Part shown: positions 39,030 through 52,500 of the stretch, piece after piece
How positions within the stretch are numbered: the first letter of the stretch is position 1
Layout: each line of letters opens with the position of its first letter
Assembly: GCA_040285855.1 (NCBI GenBank)
Contig: JAUFOQ010000010.1
Location: 1,426,001-1,490,000, forward strand
Source of the DNA: Eukaryota sp. GEM-RC1
Lineage: Eukaryota
Direction of reading: 5' to 3'
Length of the DNA stretch: 64,000 nucleotides
Position numbers and translations under genes: made by a program
The notes under the pieces: model-generated
What the model saw: only the letters and a program-made list of their open reading frames with translations
What the model was told of the DNA's origin: nothing
Database searches by the model: none

Positions 39030-39885
39030 TCGGGGGCAGACGTATCGCAATAAGCATCCTCAGTCTGAGGTCTTCTACTATTTTAAATGTTAGAATGTAA
39101 CTATTGATTCAGAAAGTACGGATCTAGAATTTACAGGTGTGTCGCGGTATTGTAATACCAACCACAAGTGCAATTTAAAGATCCGTTCTTCTGGAAAGCG
39201 ATGTTTTTTTGTCACTACAAAATTCATTGGTGCCAAGACTGAATTCTATGTCAGTTACGGTAATTCTTATTTCAACTTTATGGGTGGCATTGGACTTCCG
39301 GACCTTGGAGCACATGATAACTGGGAACTGTCAGCCGATCGAAGTAGACGGAAAGTTCGCCGAGATCTTAAGAAGATGAAGAGACGGAGCAGTCAATTAT
39401 GTGATGATGACTCAAATTACAGTCCGTCCAAATAAACCATTGTACAAGCCCAATTTATTTTCAGATTATTGGCCCATAATCATAAATATCAAAATTTAAA
39501 AGAATTTATGTCAGGTGCTTTTGTTCCTGTTGAACTCAAACCATCATTCATATCAGGCGCTGGTATAGGAGTGTTCTCGTCAAACGAACTTCCATGCAAC
39601 ATTATTGTCATGGAATATCTTGGCGAAAAACTTACCAAAAAGCAGAGCAAAGTCCGAGAACAAGCTTGGTTAGTCAATAATCCAGAGTCGAGAGTTTCAT
39701 ATATCTTCGAATATGGCGATACAATTATTGATTCAGCATCCATTTATCTTGGTTATACTGGTGTGGCTTGCGACACCAATACAAGTAAGTTCTGCAATCT
39801 ACATGGAAAAAAAAGTGAATGGACGTTTTTTTATTCATCAGTTGATCTAATCATCTTCATCTGTGAGCTCAAGTCAAGACAGTAA
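39030..39885 (+). pseudogene. Two tandem degenerate SET-domain segments
   Basis: Copy 1: TIDS..TGVSRYCNTNHKCN...FIGAKTEFYVSYGNSYF. Copy 2: SFISGAGIGVFS...MEYLGE...SYIF...IIDS...TGVA..TNTSKFCNL. Confidence 0.7.
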
Positions 39886-41310
39886 GGGGGGTGTTGCCTT
39901 CCCTAAGAACATGCGGTGGCCCTTCACGAGGCTTTCCCCGGCTCTATGATGTACCACTTGTTCAATACATTTATTTTTTGACTGAATGGTTCTTGAAAGA
40001 AGTTTATGCATTTATGCATATTTGCATAAATTTGGTTTCCAGAAAGTTGGAAGACGCAAATTATCAAAATAACAGGTATAAAAGAAATTCTGAGTAGATG
40101 AAATTCCTTCATCCACCGAAAAGAACTACAATTTGAAAATAGAGGCGAAAAATTGAAAGAAGCAAAACAGTTCTCAATTTGAAGCCGTGGAAGGAAATAT
40201 TCATTTAAGACTCTGCGTGTCAAGTTCTCAATTTTTCCCACAACTTCCATTGTTCAACACTGACGGTTCATTATCAATTAGTTTGAGCAATTACTTTACT
40301 TTGAGCTGATGTTAATTAGAATGTGATTGACTGTGTACTCAATGTTGACTTGGTGTGGATGACTTCAATAAATATATGATGTAATTTTGTCTACTAAATT
40401 CTGCTATTGTTGCGTCCGTAAGGCCACCTAGCGCAAACAGACGATTATATGGAAACAAACACATTGTTAAGATTGATGCCCAACTTTCTTCCTCTTATAG
40501 GTCAAAATCGAGGCCACTGTGTACCAACACTATGAACTATATGGAAGCAAACAGAGGTGTTCAGCGATGTTCTTTCCTTATATCAACTTGCTGTTGTTGA
40601 AGAGAAATGCTTAGACCCGAACTTATCCATATATGCATATATGGATAAATTGCTCCACTCATTCATTTTTGCATACAATTGGGTAATACTTTAAATTTGA
40701 TAATGTTGACAATTTGTTTAAGGATAACTTAATGAAGGTTTTAATGAAATAACGAACAAAATTGTATCTAAAGGTGAAAACTAAAATCGGAAAAAGAAAA
40801 GAATGAATTAAAGATGTTTACCAAACTGTTCTGAACGTCTGACAATCTAGGAAATCAAAGCAATTCGATAGTTGAGATAGTTTCGCTGGTTGTTGCCAGA
40901 CGCTAATCAATAGTCAAATATTACTTCTTCACACGGATTCCTTACAAGAAAGATGTAAGTGTTTAAATAGTACAACTACAACTTAGAAATTGATGAAACA
41001 ACTCTCACCACAGTCTTTGGACAAAAACGAAAAGAAAAACACAAGAATCATTGGTAAAATTAATAATTTTCACTGTGTAAAAAGGTGCAGTACTTATCGA
41101 TATTTAGAAACATAGTTCAGATCTGAATATGCACATAAGATACTGTATATACAGATTTTGTGTATTTACAGTGATTCTTATTTTGAAATTAAAATAAAGA
41201 AAACATAATGAAGTGTCTTGCTGTGATTCCAGATACAGCCCAAGAATAAATTAGAAACATTGGAATCATCATATTAGAAAAATCATTGAATTCTAGTACA
41301 ATTTGATATA

Positions 41311-43757
41311 CTACAACAACCCTCTTCTTTTCAAAATATCAGTAGGATCACAACCTTTTAATTCTACTTTCTTCTTCTCCCAATAACTTAGTAAATCTGG
41401 ATCCAGTACAGCACATTCCTCGTAGAAAGTGATTAAACTATCAATTCCGGAAGTATTGTTTAAGTTTGCAGATTGTATAAACAATTCAAGTGCCTTTTGC
41501 CGGTTCCTTGGTACCATAAGACCGGAACGATACTTTTCACCTAAGTTTCTTATGGCATAAGAGCAACCCCCATCAGCTGCCAATTTAAAATATTTAATTG
41601 CATCATTTAAATTCTGTTCCAAAGCAGTACCAGTCCTTAACAATCCTGCCATAGTATTCATAGCTTCAGGATCGCCCTCAGAAACAGCAACTTCCAGGTA
41701 ACCAAGTCCTTCTTGTACATTCTTTTCAACTCCTAATCCCTCAAAGTAACAGCGATGTAATCCATAAAATCCTTGAGGATTTCCTAATTCTGCCGCCTTT
41801 TTGAACCACTGAAGAGCTTCACTTTTATTTTTGTCAACTCCTTTACCAGAGAAAAAGCACCAGCCAACATTAACCACTCCAAAAACATTTTTCAATTCAG
41901 CAGACGTTTTAAAACATTCAAAGGCTTTGAAGAGATTCTTTTCAACACCAAAACCGGAGTAATAACAACCGCCTAATTTGAAAATGCAATCAACATGATT
42001 GTGATTAGCACCTTCATTAAACAAGGTAAAAGCCTTTTCATAATTCTGAGGCACACAATTTCCATAAACAAACTGCAATCCATCTGAATACAGTTGATTA
42101 CCAGCTTTTTCACGTGATGACAACAAATCCAGAGAAGTCTTTGCAATGAAAGTTGTGATAGCTGGTCCAAGTTTACTATCGTTGTTGATTTCCATCAGAG
42201 AATTTAAAAATCTAACCACATTCAAATCTGTTTTGTCCATAATTAATGACACACATTTTGAAAATGAGTCATTTGTCCAAGAAAAATTGAATTGCTCGGA
42301 ATTTTTCCAAGACTTCACGAGGCATTTTCCAAGCCATACACCGAAATCACCAGGAAGTATTGAACAAAGAAGTTCAAGATAGTTCTTTGGTAAACATAAA
42401 TTAGGATAATTTTCTAAAGACTCTAATGTAACAATAGAAAGAAAACAGTGACCAAATAGATTTAAATCAGTAAAATAATTGGAATTATTTTGTAAGGTCC
42501 ATAGAAACCAATCTGGAGGAACATTTGTAAAACTTTTAACGTTTTCAAAAACATCAATTGACCACTCCAACAACGTAGATATTAAGTGATCATCACCAAT
42601 GGAATCTATCAGTTCGAAAATCTTGATAAACTCATCTCGAAACTCCTCAGGAAATTTTAAAAGTTCATTGGTTTTTGGATCTAAAGAATATTCATTTTTG
42701 TATAGCTCAATTAAACATTTAAACAACCAAAAAGGATCAACAACAGGCAACAAGGAAGTAATAAAAGAAACTCTTAGGGGGTAAGATGGACTGTCAATAT
42801 TTGAAAAAATTAAAAAAATCTGGGTATTTTGATCAATGAAATAGAATTGATTTTTGTCGTTACAAGTTTTCAAAAGATGAAAAAGTTCTTCTTGTGAGAA
42901 AGAATTCGAAACCAGAAAGTCTTGACAAGCCAATTTCAACTGATCTACTTGGAAATAAACAGATAACTGAAAAAACTCCAAAATATTTGAAATACTGAAT
43001 TCAACAGAATTCTCATAGTGAATAAGTCCGAAAAACAAACCAAAAACATCTTCAGATACACCTGGAAATTCATCAGAATATTCAAAATTTCTAACAGCTG
43101 AATCTTTAAATTCACATGTAATTAAATTCTGAAACATTTTCGAAAATGAAATCAATAAGACAGAGTTTAATGTAATAGACGTGTTTTTGTAAGAAACACG
43201 TACGTCTTTAGGGCAAGATTCTACCATTTTTAAAATTAACTTTTTGAATCCAATTTAAAATTGTTATCCTCAAAATTAACCAACCCTTTTGTCATTCTCT
43301 CAGTAACAAACTGACTTAACTCCTGGAACTGAAGAAGAGAAGCAATGACGGAGATAGATGTAAGATTTTCAGGAGTAACAGTAAGAGATTGGCCATAGAG
43401 AGTTGACAGGACTGAGAAGAAGACATCAGAATCTGTAAGAAAAGGAAGTAGAGGGAACTCTATTGTGGTAGATTCCAGACCATTCACCTTAAGAACAGGA
43501 CTGAAAGCACTGACGACGAAGGAATGACAGGGGAAAGAGTTACCATCGTAGGTAATGACAGTATCAGTAAGAAGGTTGTCTCTTTGTAGAGAATAGAGGT
43601 TGTTGCAGAAACAATCCGAAGGGAAGCGATAAGTATTTGGAAGAGAAAGACTATCAAGAACTCGAGGGCGTTTAGAAGGAGGACTTTTGACGTCAGTGGT
43701 GTTGGAAGTTCTAGAAGAGAGTCGAGAGTTACTTGAATTGGACATGAGATTGGGCAT
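41311..43757 (-). CDS. BTB-BTB-helical-SEL1 repeat protein, copy 1
   Basis: BTB motifs (LTDTVITYDGNSFPCHSFVVSAFSPVL; DVRVSY...LISFSKMFQNL...YFQVDQLKLAC) and about six SEL1 repeats (LGGCYYSGFGVEKNLFKAFECFKTSAE). ORFs join with one extra A at ~43243. Confidence 0.88.
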
Positions 43758-43759
43758 TC

Positions 43760-44931
43760 ATCAAGTTCATATCAAAGATATACACCAACCTGCCTCCTTA
43801 GAATGTCCTAGTCAATGATTCTTGTCCACTCTTTCCCAGAGTTTCTTCTATATATCATTAGTTCTTTTATCAGTAGTTCAAGGCGACTCTGACTTTCGTC
43901 TATCTCTCTACGCTGTGTACGTACATTTTTCAACATTAGGGAAGTTGATGTCAGATAAGTCGTCTTTAACAAAGGTCAAAATTACGACAAAGAGACGTGC
44001 TTATGGACCTAACATGATTCTTACTCTGTTTCCTCACTCATTAGTTAAACCTTTTCTTTCCACTACTTCAGTAATCGATAGTTGATCTTACTACCATTTC
44101 TAATGTTATTGAGTCCTTTTACATCTACTGGACAACCTAAGTAAGGGAAGACAATGTCATTTGTTTCCAGCTATTCAGGAAGGTTCAAGTCTACTTAGTT
44201 GTTATAAGAAAACTTATTTAATGACAATATTCATTCTTTATAATCATTTAAATAGAATGTGTCAACTACTATTCTTTTGGTCTTAATTTGTATGGTGCTC
44301 CTTTTCCTACTTACTTTGATGCATCATGTTTCTCTATATCTACTTTTTGCAAACATTGTATGAGAATAGTGAGAACAAATGTTTACACATTAAGTCAAAA
44401 ATATTTTTAGTATATGATATGATCAATTCAATTGGAGAACTTTAAAGGTTCATTTTTCGATGTTGAAAGAAAATGTTCATCATCTATGATTTTTTGAACA
44501 ATTGTAACAATTAACTTGCTTATCAATAACTGAGAACATTATTGTAGGATAATATTATTTTCCACAAATTGATTCAAACTGTTACCAGATTCACAAATTT
44601 TGCTTCCTAACATTTCGAGATCTGCAACAAGTCTGAATGATAGTGGCATGATCTCGAAATTGATTGATCTTGCTTCTTTTCGTCTGGTAAACCCACTATC
44701 TAACCAACAAGGATCGAATGAATTCGAGCGATATGTAATTGATCAGTCTGGGTTATACATGCATTGATACACTCCACAGTGTAGATGGTAACATGGCCAC
44801 ATCTGATTCTGTGAAACATGAATTCCAGTCAGTATTCCGGCTCCTCTGTTTTACAGATATATTCAGCTGCAGATTTGATTACTAAAGTCATTGCTTTCTA
44901 TAACCGCTGATACTCAGACAAGGATTTTGCC
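43760..44931. repeat. Upstream block co-duplicated with the BTB-SEL1 gene (partner ~56565-57749)
   Basis: Collinear near-identity ending at CAAGGATTT(T/A)GCCGA in both copies. Confidence 0.9.
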
Positions 44932-45577
44932 GAAATGTTACTGTTTGATTTGAACGTACAACTAAGTGTTTTATCTGGCGGTAAGACCTTTCGTTGGAGC
45001 TTGAGCTGTTGGGGGTAGTGTTGTAGAAAGACATTAGTCACTGCCATTACGGTAAGGGAACTTGCTTCATCAAAAAAGACACGGATCTTTTCAGATGAAG
45101 GAGACTGAAACGTTGTCGAGCTATTTCTTATCTAAAGTTAGTAGTAAAGAGAGAGAACAAATTGGGGACGGTAATGTCATCTATTGACGAATAGACGAGG
45201 TCTATCCCTGTGGACAGAAAACTTTATTCACCCTTAAAGAAGTATTACGAGGCGTCAACACGATTCCTTCAGTCTATTTACTAAACTAAAATGAATTTTG
45301 GTATACTAAACCAAAAGTAAATTTTGGGTAAACTATACTTTGCGAGACACTTTTGCATCACAGATTCTACAAGTGTGTTTTCCGTCGTTTTTTTAGGACC
45401 AAATTGTGTCCAATATCAGGCTCAGTGTTAGACTCAACCTCAATGATACTAGGCTTATTAGATGATGGTGAATTTATTAAACTAGTTGTTAATAGTAATT
45501 TGATTTAGAAGCTCAACATCGATGTTGTTGTTGTTTTAGTTAAGATCTAGACATTTGACTTTGAATGACAGTATTAT

Positions 45578-46875
45578 TAGACTCTGGGTAAATGCACCAC
45601 ATTATGCACTACATATTCTATTATTTTTGTAAAATGCACCACTTAACATAATATTTGTCACATAAAATATTTTTGATTTTCTAGAAAGCAACAGCAGACA
45701 TAATTTGTAGATCAAAAGTACAAAACACTATTTTTTCGCTTTTGAAGGTCGACCTCTTGTACGTCTAACAGGTAGTTCAAAAGATGACGGATCTCTAAGA
45801 GTAGACTTAGACGGATTGTTATTGCGAGCTTCAGGAGGTCTTCCCCGAGGTCTACGTACACAGGTGGCTGAGGTACTGTAGGAAGCTCACCCAGGAGAGA
45901 AGATAATTGTTGCTTTAGGTAATCTTGTTGTTCGGCAGAGATGGCCATGGACTGTTTTACAGTTGTTGTCAATCTTTCCACAAGGTTATTGTTGTTTCCG
46001 GAGACATCTTGGTCCTGACTTGGTACTTCTAAGTGTTCTTGAAGGTTGGGTTGCCAATGAGGATGAAAGTGCTGCAATGACAGAGGTTCGCCGCTGTTTA
46101 TTAGGGATAAAAGTTGCTCAGAAGATAGTAGTCCAAAGGAGGGTCCTAGCGCATTTGTAGGAAAATCGTCTGCATGATTTTGATGTCTCAAAATTTCACT
46201 TATGATTATTGTGAGAGCTGTGTTTGGCACAAGTCCTTGCACTGGTGCAATAAAACGCTTTAATTGTTCATTCACTACAAGTTGTATGTCAGCGTTTCTG
46301 GCTTTCTCAATACGATGCTCAGACAAAATGTGTTTCCATATAAGCATCAGTTTTTGAACGATTTTAGCCAAATTCAATACAGAAATTTTGAAGTAAGATT
46401 TCAACACACTGTGAGCAGACTCAACACGTGAGGTAGCTCTCTGCCCTAAGTTAAAAATTGGACCTAGTTGGACTGCCATGAATTTAGGTCCAGCTGAAGC
46501 AATAAGTTCTTGTAGGTATGTAACAAATCGAGGAAATGATGAGTATTCTTCGAATAACTGATTTAAATGATTGAAATAAGCCGAAAAGGGCAACAGATTT
46601 TACGGCTTCGTGCAACGTCATTAGTAGAACGGGGAAAGCCGTCTTTTCACACACACAAACAGATAGGTACGGTTGGGGGAAGAATGAGACACCACAAGGC
46701 TATAGTTGCATGCAAAAGAACGCTCAAGGACAGATAGTTTAAGATTGTCGAAGTTGACATCAGAAAGACACAAGAATGTCATGAATCAAGTGTGTGGTGC
46801 ATATTATATTATGTGGTGCATTTTACAAAAAATAGAATATGTGGTGCATAATGTGGTGCATTTACCCAGAGTCTA
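45578..46875 (-). mobile_element. Non-autonomous TIR element carrying a MULE transposase fragment
   Basis: TIRs of roughly 70-80 bp (TAGACTCTGGGTAAATGCACCACATTATGCAC...); internal ORF with NLGQRATSRVESAHSVLK. TSD not resolved. Confidence 0.85.
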
Positions 46876-47599
46876 CACTTATGTTATGTGTGTTGACTGT
46901 AACTACAAAACCAATCGTTTTTCAATGCATGTATATCATATACAGTCACGTGTTCCGAAAAATGTTGGACCGAATAAATCGTTTTTCTGGCGCAAATCTC
47001 AGTTAAAACAGCAACTTTATTTTCCACCATCTTTTTTTGGAGAATGTTGACATTATTTTTGGTGAAATACGATTCTGCTATACGAGACCAGACGTGTGGA
47101 AATCTTTAAGTTTGAGATACTATTACGATCAATTATCAACTCGAAGTTTATATGAAAATATCCAACATAATTTAACGAATTTAATTAATTCAGTATATTA
47201 ATAATTGATTATGTTCTAAAAAACTTCTTCTTAGTCTTCATCAGATTCTTCTACGTCATCATCAGTGAAAAATGGTTCTACGGAAATTTCCTGAGCTACT
47301 TCCAGATTGAGACATACTTCAAGACTTGTCATGATTCTATCCCACCCGTGTTCGTTCAACGTCCAGTGTTTTGCATAATAAATGCATATTAATTTCATTT
47401 CCCAATCCACCATTCTATGCCTACTCGTGAATCTGGCAAAAACTTCAATCTTTTCTTACAATTGAACTTCCTGTTACACCTGTACTTATTACACCGTCTT
47501 CAGCAGCTCTTCAGCAACCTAGTTCACCTGTACTTGAACAGCCCCGACTTCTCTTCACCAGAAGTTTGGTCTTGGGAAGAATATGACGTTGAGATTCAT

Positions 47600-49170
47600 T
47601 TGCGCTACAATCAGTTCCTTTCATCTTCCAAGTTTTTCTACAGCAACTCACACAGTATCTTTCTCTCCATTACCGACGCTACTCCGGAGAACCTTCATAC
47701 TTTTTGAGAAGCCCATTTTCGTGCCAAAGCAACAGAGGAGAAGCTGATTATTCCTGAGTCCGATTTGGAGATTTCGGCAAAATGAAGTGATGCAACAGGA
47801 GTGTCATGGCAAAAAGGCAAAGCCCTAGCCCACAGTGTGTTGATAAAATGGTTAAAAGAATGCAAACAGCTTTATAAACGTATCGGACCAGTGGTGGAAT
47901 GTGGTGGTGCCTGTTGTTTGGACTTCAAAGCATACCAAGCGGACTTTATCCATTCTTCTGCAAGTGGCTTAATAATTGAAGCTATGATGTTGAACTTTAC
48001 ATCTTCAGACGAGTTCATCCATTTAAAACATCCACTACATGCTCCGAACACCAGGTGCCAAAGCCATTTTTTATAAGCGAGTGGTGGTGAATAACAAAAC
48101 CGTTACCATTTCATATGTTTTAATATATGGTGAGACCTAAGAGAACACTTGTGCGTTGAGTATTATCTAGTTTTATACCAGGAGTCTCTGTCACTGACAG
48201 GAAACTTGCGCTTATGAACGCCCTGAATAAAGTGTGTCCAGAAATCAAACACCTGTCAAGTTTGTTTGTGGCATATCAAAAAGAACATTGGAACTAGAAC
48301 CATAGTTGAGAAATACATCACTTCTGACAATGAAATACACAAAAATACAAAATACACATAACAAAGCTGGATCCAAAACAGGAGCACCAAAATCAGATGA
48401 TTGTTTGAAGAACAACTATTCAACTTGTGACGCTCAGTGAGTGACAAACTTTATAAGAACACGATTGTGAATCTTTGGTGTAAAACAAAGAAATAAAATA
48501 CGCTGGATAAAGTTGGGCAAAATGGGTTGTGAAATACACAACTCCAACAAAAGAATAAAAAGAATGCAAAAAAGTGTATGAACCAACTATAAATAAATAC
48601 AAAAGGCACGAAGTACATCAAAGATCCTCAAGAACTAGAAGCTTTTAAATGCTCTTGTAGACATCCGAGCTAACACTGATTTTGAAGCGATATTGTGCAA
48701 TTCTTGAGTCACACGTCTTAAATGTTGTTGTTTTAAGGGAATGTTCTTATATCAAAGACAACTGGATTAAACATACCAAGGTTTGTAAGGTTTTATGGTA
48801 CAAAATATATACTAGTGAGATTTGTTCCTGAAGTAAAAAGACAACGTCTGGAATCGAATCTCAACACTCTGCCTTGTAGAGCTTATTGAAATCTTCTACT
48901 TCAGGTATGTTATAGGTGTATGATTATATGAACAAATTTTGGGAAAATCAGTATACATCGAATTGTCATATACATATAGTACTTGAATGTGCATCAGTTT
49001 CCATCTAACTCTGTGGTTGCTGAATTGACTAGATGTATTTCAAAATACGCAATCGAATGTTTGCTAAAAATTGTTTCAAGAAGAAGAAGAGACTCCAAAC
49101 TTTATAGACCAAAATAACGATAAGGTGATAACTAAAGAGCTACCATCTCTCAGTAAACTGTTGAACCATA
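47600..49170 (+). mobile_element. Decayed MULE transposase
   Basis: VTDRKLALMNALNKVCPEIKH..CLWHIKKNI at ~48190-48290 and KTTSGIESQHSAL at ~48835-48875; many stops; boundaries approximate. Confidence 0.8.
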
Positions 49171-49554
49171 AATAACGGTTAATAGGAGTCTCTCAGTGGT
49201 AACTAAAATTAGAGTAGAAATTGAAATGGCAAAGACCAAGAAGGGGTCAAAAGTAGTCCAGAAAGCAGAAGACCAATCAATGTATACTGAACTGTTACAT
49301 CAAACAAAACCACGATGTAGATCAAAATCGTGAAAATCATTTATGTACCCAAATTTCTAGTACTTACTAGTCGATATAAAATTTGAGATCGTGAAAATTA
49401 TAAGTAGACGAAATTTCTTCGACCACTGGATAGAACTACTTGAAATTAATGGAGATTAATGTTGTACAAAAGATCCAAAACATTTGAGATCAAAAAGTGA
49501 TTTGCTGTAGTATATGGTGATATTGGTGATATTGTCCTGAAAAATCATTCCTCT

Positions 49555-50092
49555 AAGATTTATGATGACGTCATCAATCCCTCTAAAAAGTAATATCCTG
49601 GACATAGATGATACTAGAGTTTAATTTAGGTTTGTTAATTAGTAGTAATACAAAAGTCTAAGTAGTTGCTGTGGAGTAAGCGTATAAAAAGAGAAGAGAC
49701 ATTCAGTGGATTCACAACTAAAAAAGTAATAGTAATCAAAAAACGACGTGATATTGAAATACATATATAGAAATGATGCCCAGCAAAATGAATTAGACAT
49801 ATTCAGGGATATATGAGGGTGTTTAAGTTAGATGTGTTTAAGTGAAACTGACGAAAAATGATAGGGAAATCAGCCAATATCTTGGTCTTGAACAGTTCTT
49901 ATGAGTGATGACGTATCTGATCACGTCATCTATGTTACAAGATTTTACGTGAAGAGTTGATGAAAAGAGGAGGATGTATCATATGATGTTGAACTAGAAG
50001 GAAACAGAAGAACTTCACTATCTTTGTGATTTGTTCTGTTTTGATTTCCCTTGATGACGAGTAATACTCAAACAAGTACTTATGTTACATCC
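49555..50092 (+). repeat. Inverted diverged copy of 24639-25180 (upstream region and first codons of the RRM-LRR gene)
   Basis: E.g. GTCTAAGTAGTTGCTGTGGAGTAAG and CAGTGGATTCACAACTAAAAAAGTAATAGTAAT are reverse complements of sequence at 25010-25095. Confidence 0.85.
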
Positions 50093-50094
50093 AT

Positions 50095-50702
50095 GAAATC
50101 AATAAGACTGAGTTCAGAAGTAGCGGACGTGTTTTTGTAAGAAACACGTACATCTTTAGGATAAGATTCTACAATTTATAAAATTTACTTTTTGAATTCA
50201 ATTTAAAATTGTTATCCTCAAAATTAACCAACTCCTTTGTCATTCTCTCAGTAACAAACTGACTTAACTCCTGGAACTGAAGAAGAGAAGCAGTGAGGAG
50301 ATATTGGTAAAATTCTCAGGAGTAACAGTAAGAGATTGTCCATAGAGAGTTGTCAGGACTGAGAAGAAGATATCATAATCTGTAAGAAAAGGAAGATGTG
50401 AGAACTCTATTGTGGTAGATTCCAGACCCTTCTCCTTAAGAACAGGACTGAAAGCACTGACGACGAAGGAATGACAGTGGAAAGAGTTGCCATCGTATGC
50501 AATGACAGCGTCAGCAAGAAGGTTGACACTTTGTAGGGAATAGAGGTTGTTGCAGAAGCAATCTGAGGGGAAGCAATACGCATTTGGAATAGAAAGACTA
50601 TCTAGAACTCGAGGGCGTTTAGAAGGAGGACTTTTGACGTCAGTAGTGTTGGAAGTTCTAGAAGAGGGTCGAGAGTCATGAATTGGGCATGAGATTGACC
50701 AT
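50095..50702 (-). pseudogene. 3'-truncated BTB-SEL1 family copy 2
   Basis: Collinear with ~43150-43757 and breaks off early in the second BTB. Confidence 0.88.
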
Positions 50703-51149
50703 TCTGCAAGTTCACCAATATAAAGGCAATCTGCATCGTTCCATCTTCTTAGAATGTTCTAGTCAATGAGTCTTGTTCAGTTACTCCCACAGTTATTACT
50801 TCTATTTCTCAGTAGTTCGTCCATTCGTCATTCAAGCCGAATCACTTTAAGCCCTGAAGTTCCGTGGTTCTCTTTTCTTGTGGACTTCACTGTATTCTTT
50901 TCCGTGGGATACTTCTGGTGATTTAGTCACTTCATGAGTTTTTCCTTCTGGACTACTAGTATCTATCTATATCTTGCTTCACGGTGCACAGTTTCATTCA
51001 ATAATGAAAGACAATTTTCACCATTAAGTATTTCTGTAAAACACTTCATTCTAATTATTTAAACAAACCTAGAACTTAACGTTCAGGCATCTGATTTGAA
51101 ATATCGCTAAGAATCTTATTATGTTTACCATATGAGAGTTCTCACAATA

Positions 51150-52500
51150 AGCTGTGTAACAGTAAAACAAAAAGTACCATCAGTATGGGTGGACAAAAGT
51201 TAACACATCAAAGTCAAACAATCATTAGTTGCACTAACACTAATTCAACCAATACTTCGTCTAGTGAAAACAATAGTCAGTTCCTTTAGTCGGGTGAATT
51301 CACCTTGGATATGTATTTTTTCAGTGTATGCGTCTATAACCAAAAGGTCAATGTACTGAGATGGAGAAGATTTCGTAGACGCAGCTTGGTGTTTTGCAGA
51401 CTAACATGAATCAGATGATGCTGGTGGTTTTTCGCGGTGACACAGAATATGGAACTTCTTTTAAGAAACACTTCACAGTATCATTCTTTTGTCGACGAAA
51501 GAATCGTCCAAAATAGTGGTATACCTGAATATCACGTCATTGCTGACGTGGACGGATCATTCCAACAGTTGACGACCAGCGGGATACGTTACTTTTCAGA
51601 GGAAGCAAAGCAGCCAGGTTAGGCAAAACCAAAGAGTTCTTTACATGTCCCAATTCAGTGGAGAGTTTGTCCAATTTGAGCACATCATCGTCCGCTTTAT
51701 CAGAGAATTGTAACACGTCTAAGGCGAAAAGATGTGAGGTTGCAATAAATGGAACATTTAAAATGTACAGAGGAACTTTTGACATGAATATATTTTTCAC
51801 CATCTGATGATTCATTACAAAATGGAAAATTTTCAGTTTCATTAATAGTTAATATACCAACACTCAGATTGCTGGTCCAAAAGAGAATCAAGAACTTTTG
51901 ACATGAATATATTTTTCACCATCTGATGATTCATTACAAAATGGAAAATTTTCAGTTTCATTAATAGTTAATATACCAACACTCAGATTGCTGGTCCAAA
52001 AGAGAATCAAGTCAATTGAATGTGATGTTCATCCTGTGAAAAATTATAGCATTCGATTTTCTAAAATCTTACCAGCACTGACACAATTGGGTGCATTGTC
52101 CATGATTAACTCAACAATATTAATTGTCAATTCTCTGATTCGAATAAGACTCTATAGTATCTACTATAAAAAGTACTTTCTTTTCCTTATCGGATGTATC
52201 GATAGCTGCTAAGAATGGTGAAGATTGATTGTAAAAGTGGTCTTCAAAGTATAGACTCTCAGCCCTTTAATCTGGGCTCAGAAATCTCCAAGGAAGTAAG
52301 CAGATATCTATCCAGGCATTTAGAAAGAGGAAATGTACCAGTGACGGACTGATACGTTTAAAATTCTTGCAGAAACACTGTCAACTCGTGAGAGCCCAGT
52401 GATATCAGGATTGGACGGTTGACATGCACCGTCATACTAGGATAAGACTAATAATGATTGTTACATATAGGCACCATTAAAAACAACACACGGGGAAGAA
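51150..52500 (-). mobile_element. Possible decayed hAT transposase
   Basis: LKSNVSRWSSTVGMIR resembles the hAT TRWNST motif; boundaries uncertain. Confidence 0.4.
51773..52010. repeat. Near-perfect 119-bp tandem duplication
   Basis: GAACTTTTGACATG...AGAGAATCA starts at 51773 and again at 51892. Confidence 0.9.

Noticed and set aside
44520..45010. LSGG (ABC-like) on plus and an IQ-like motif on minus
   Set aside because: Short motifs amid many stops; cannot be assigned.
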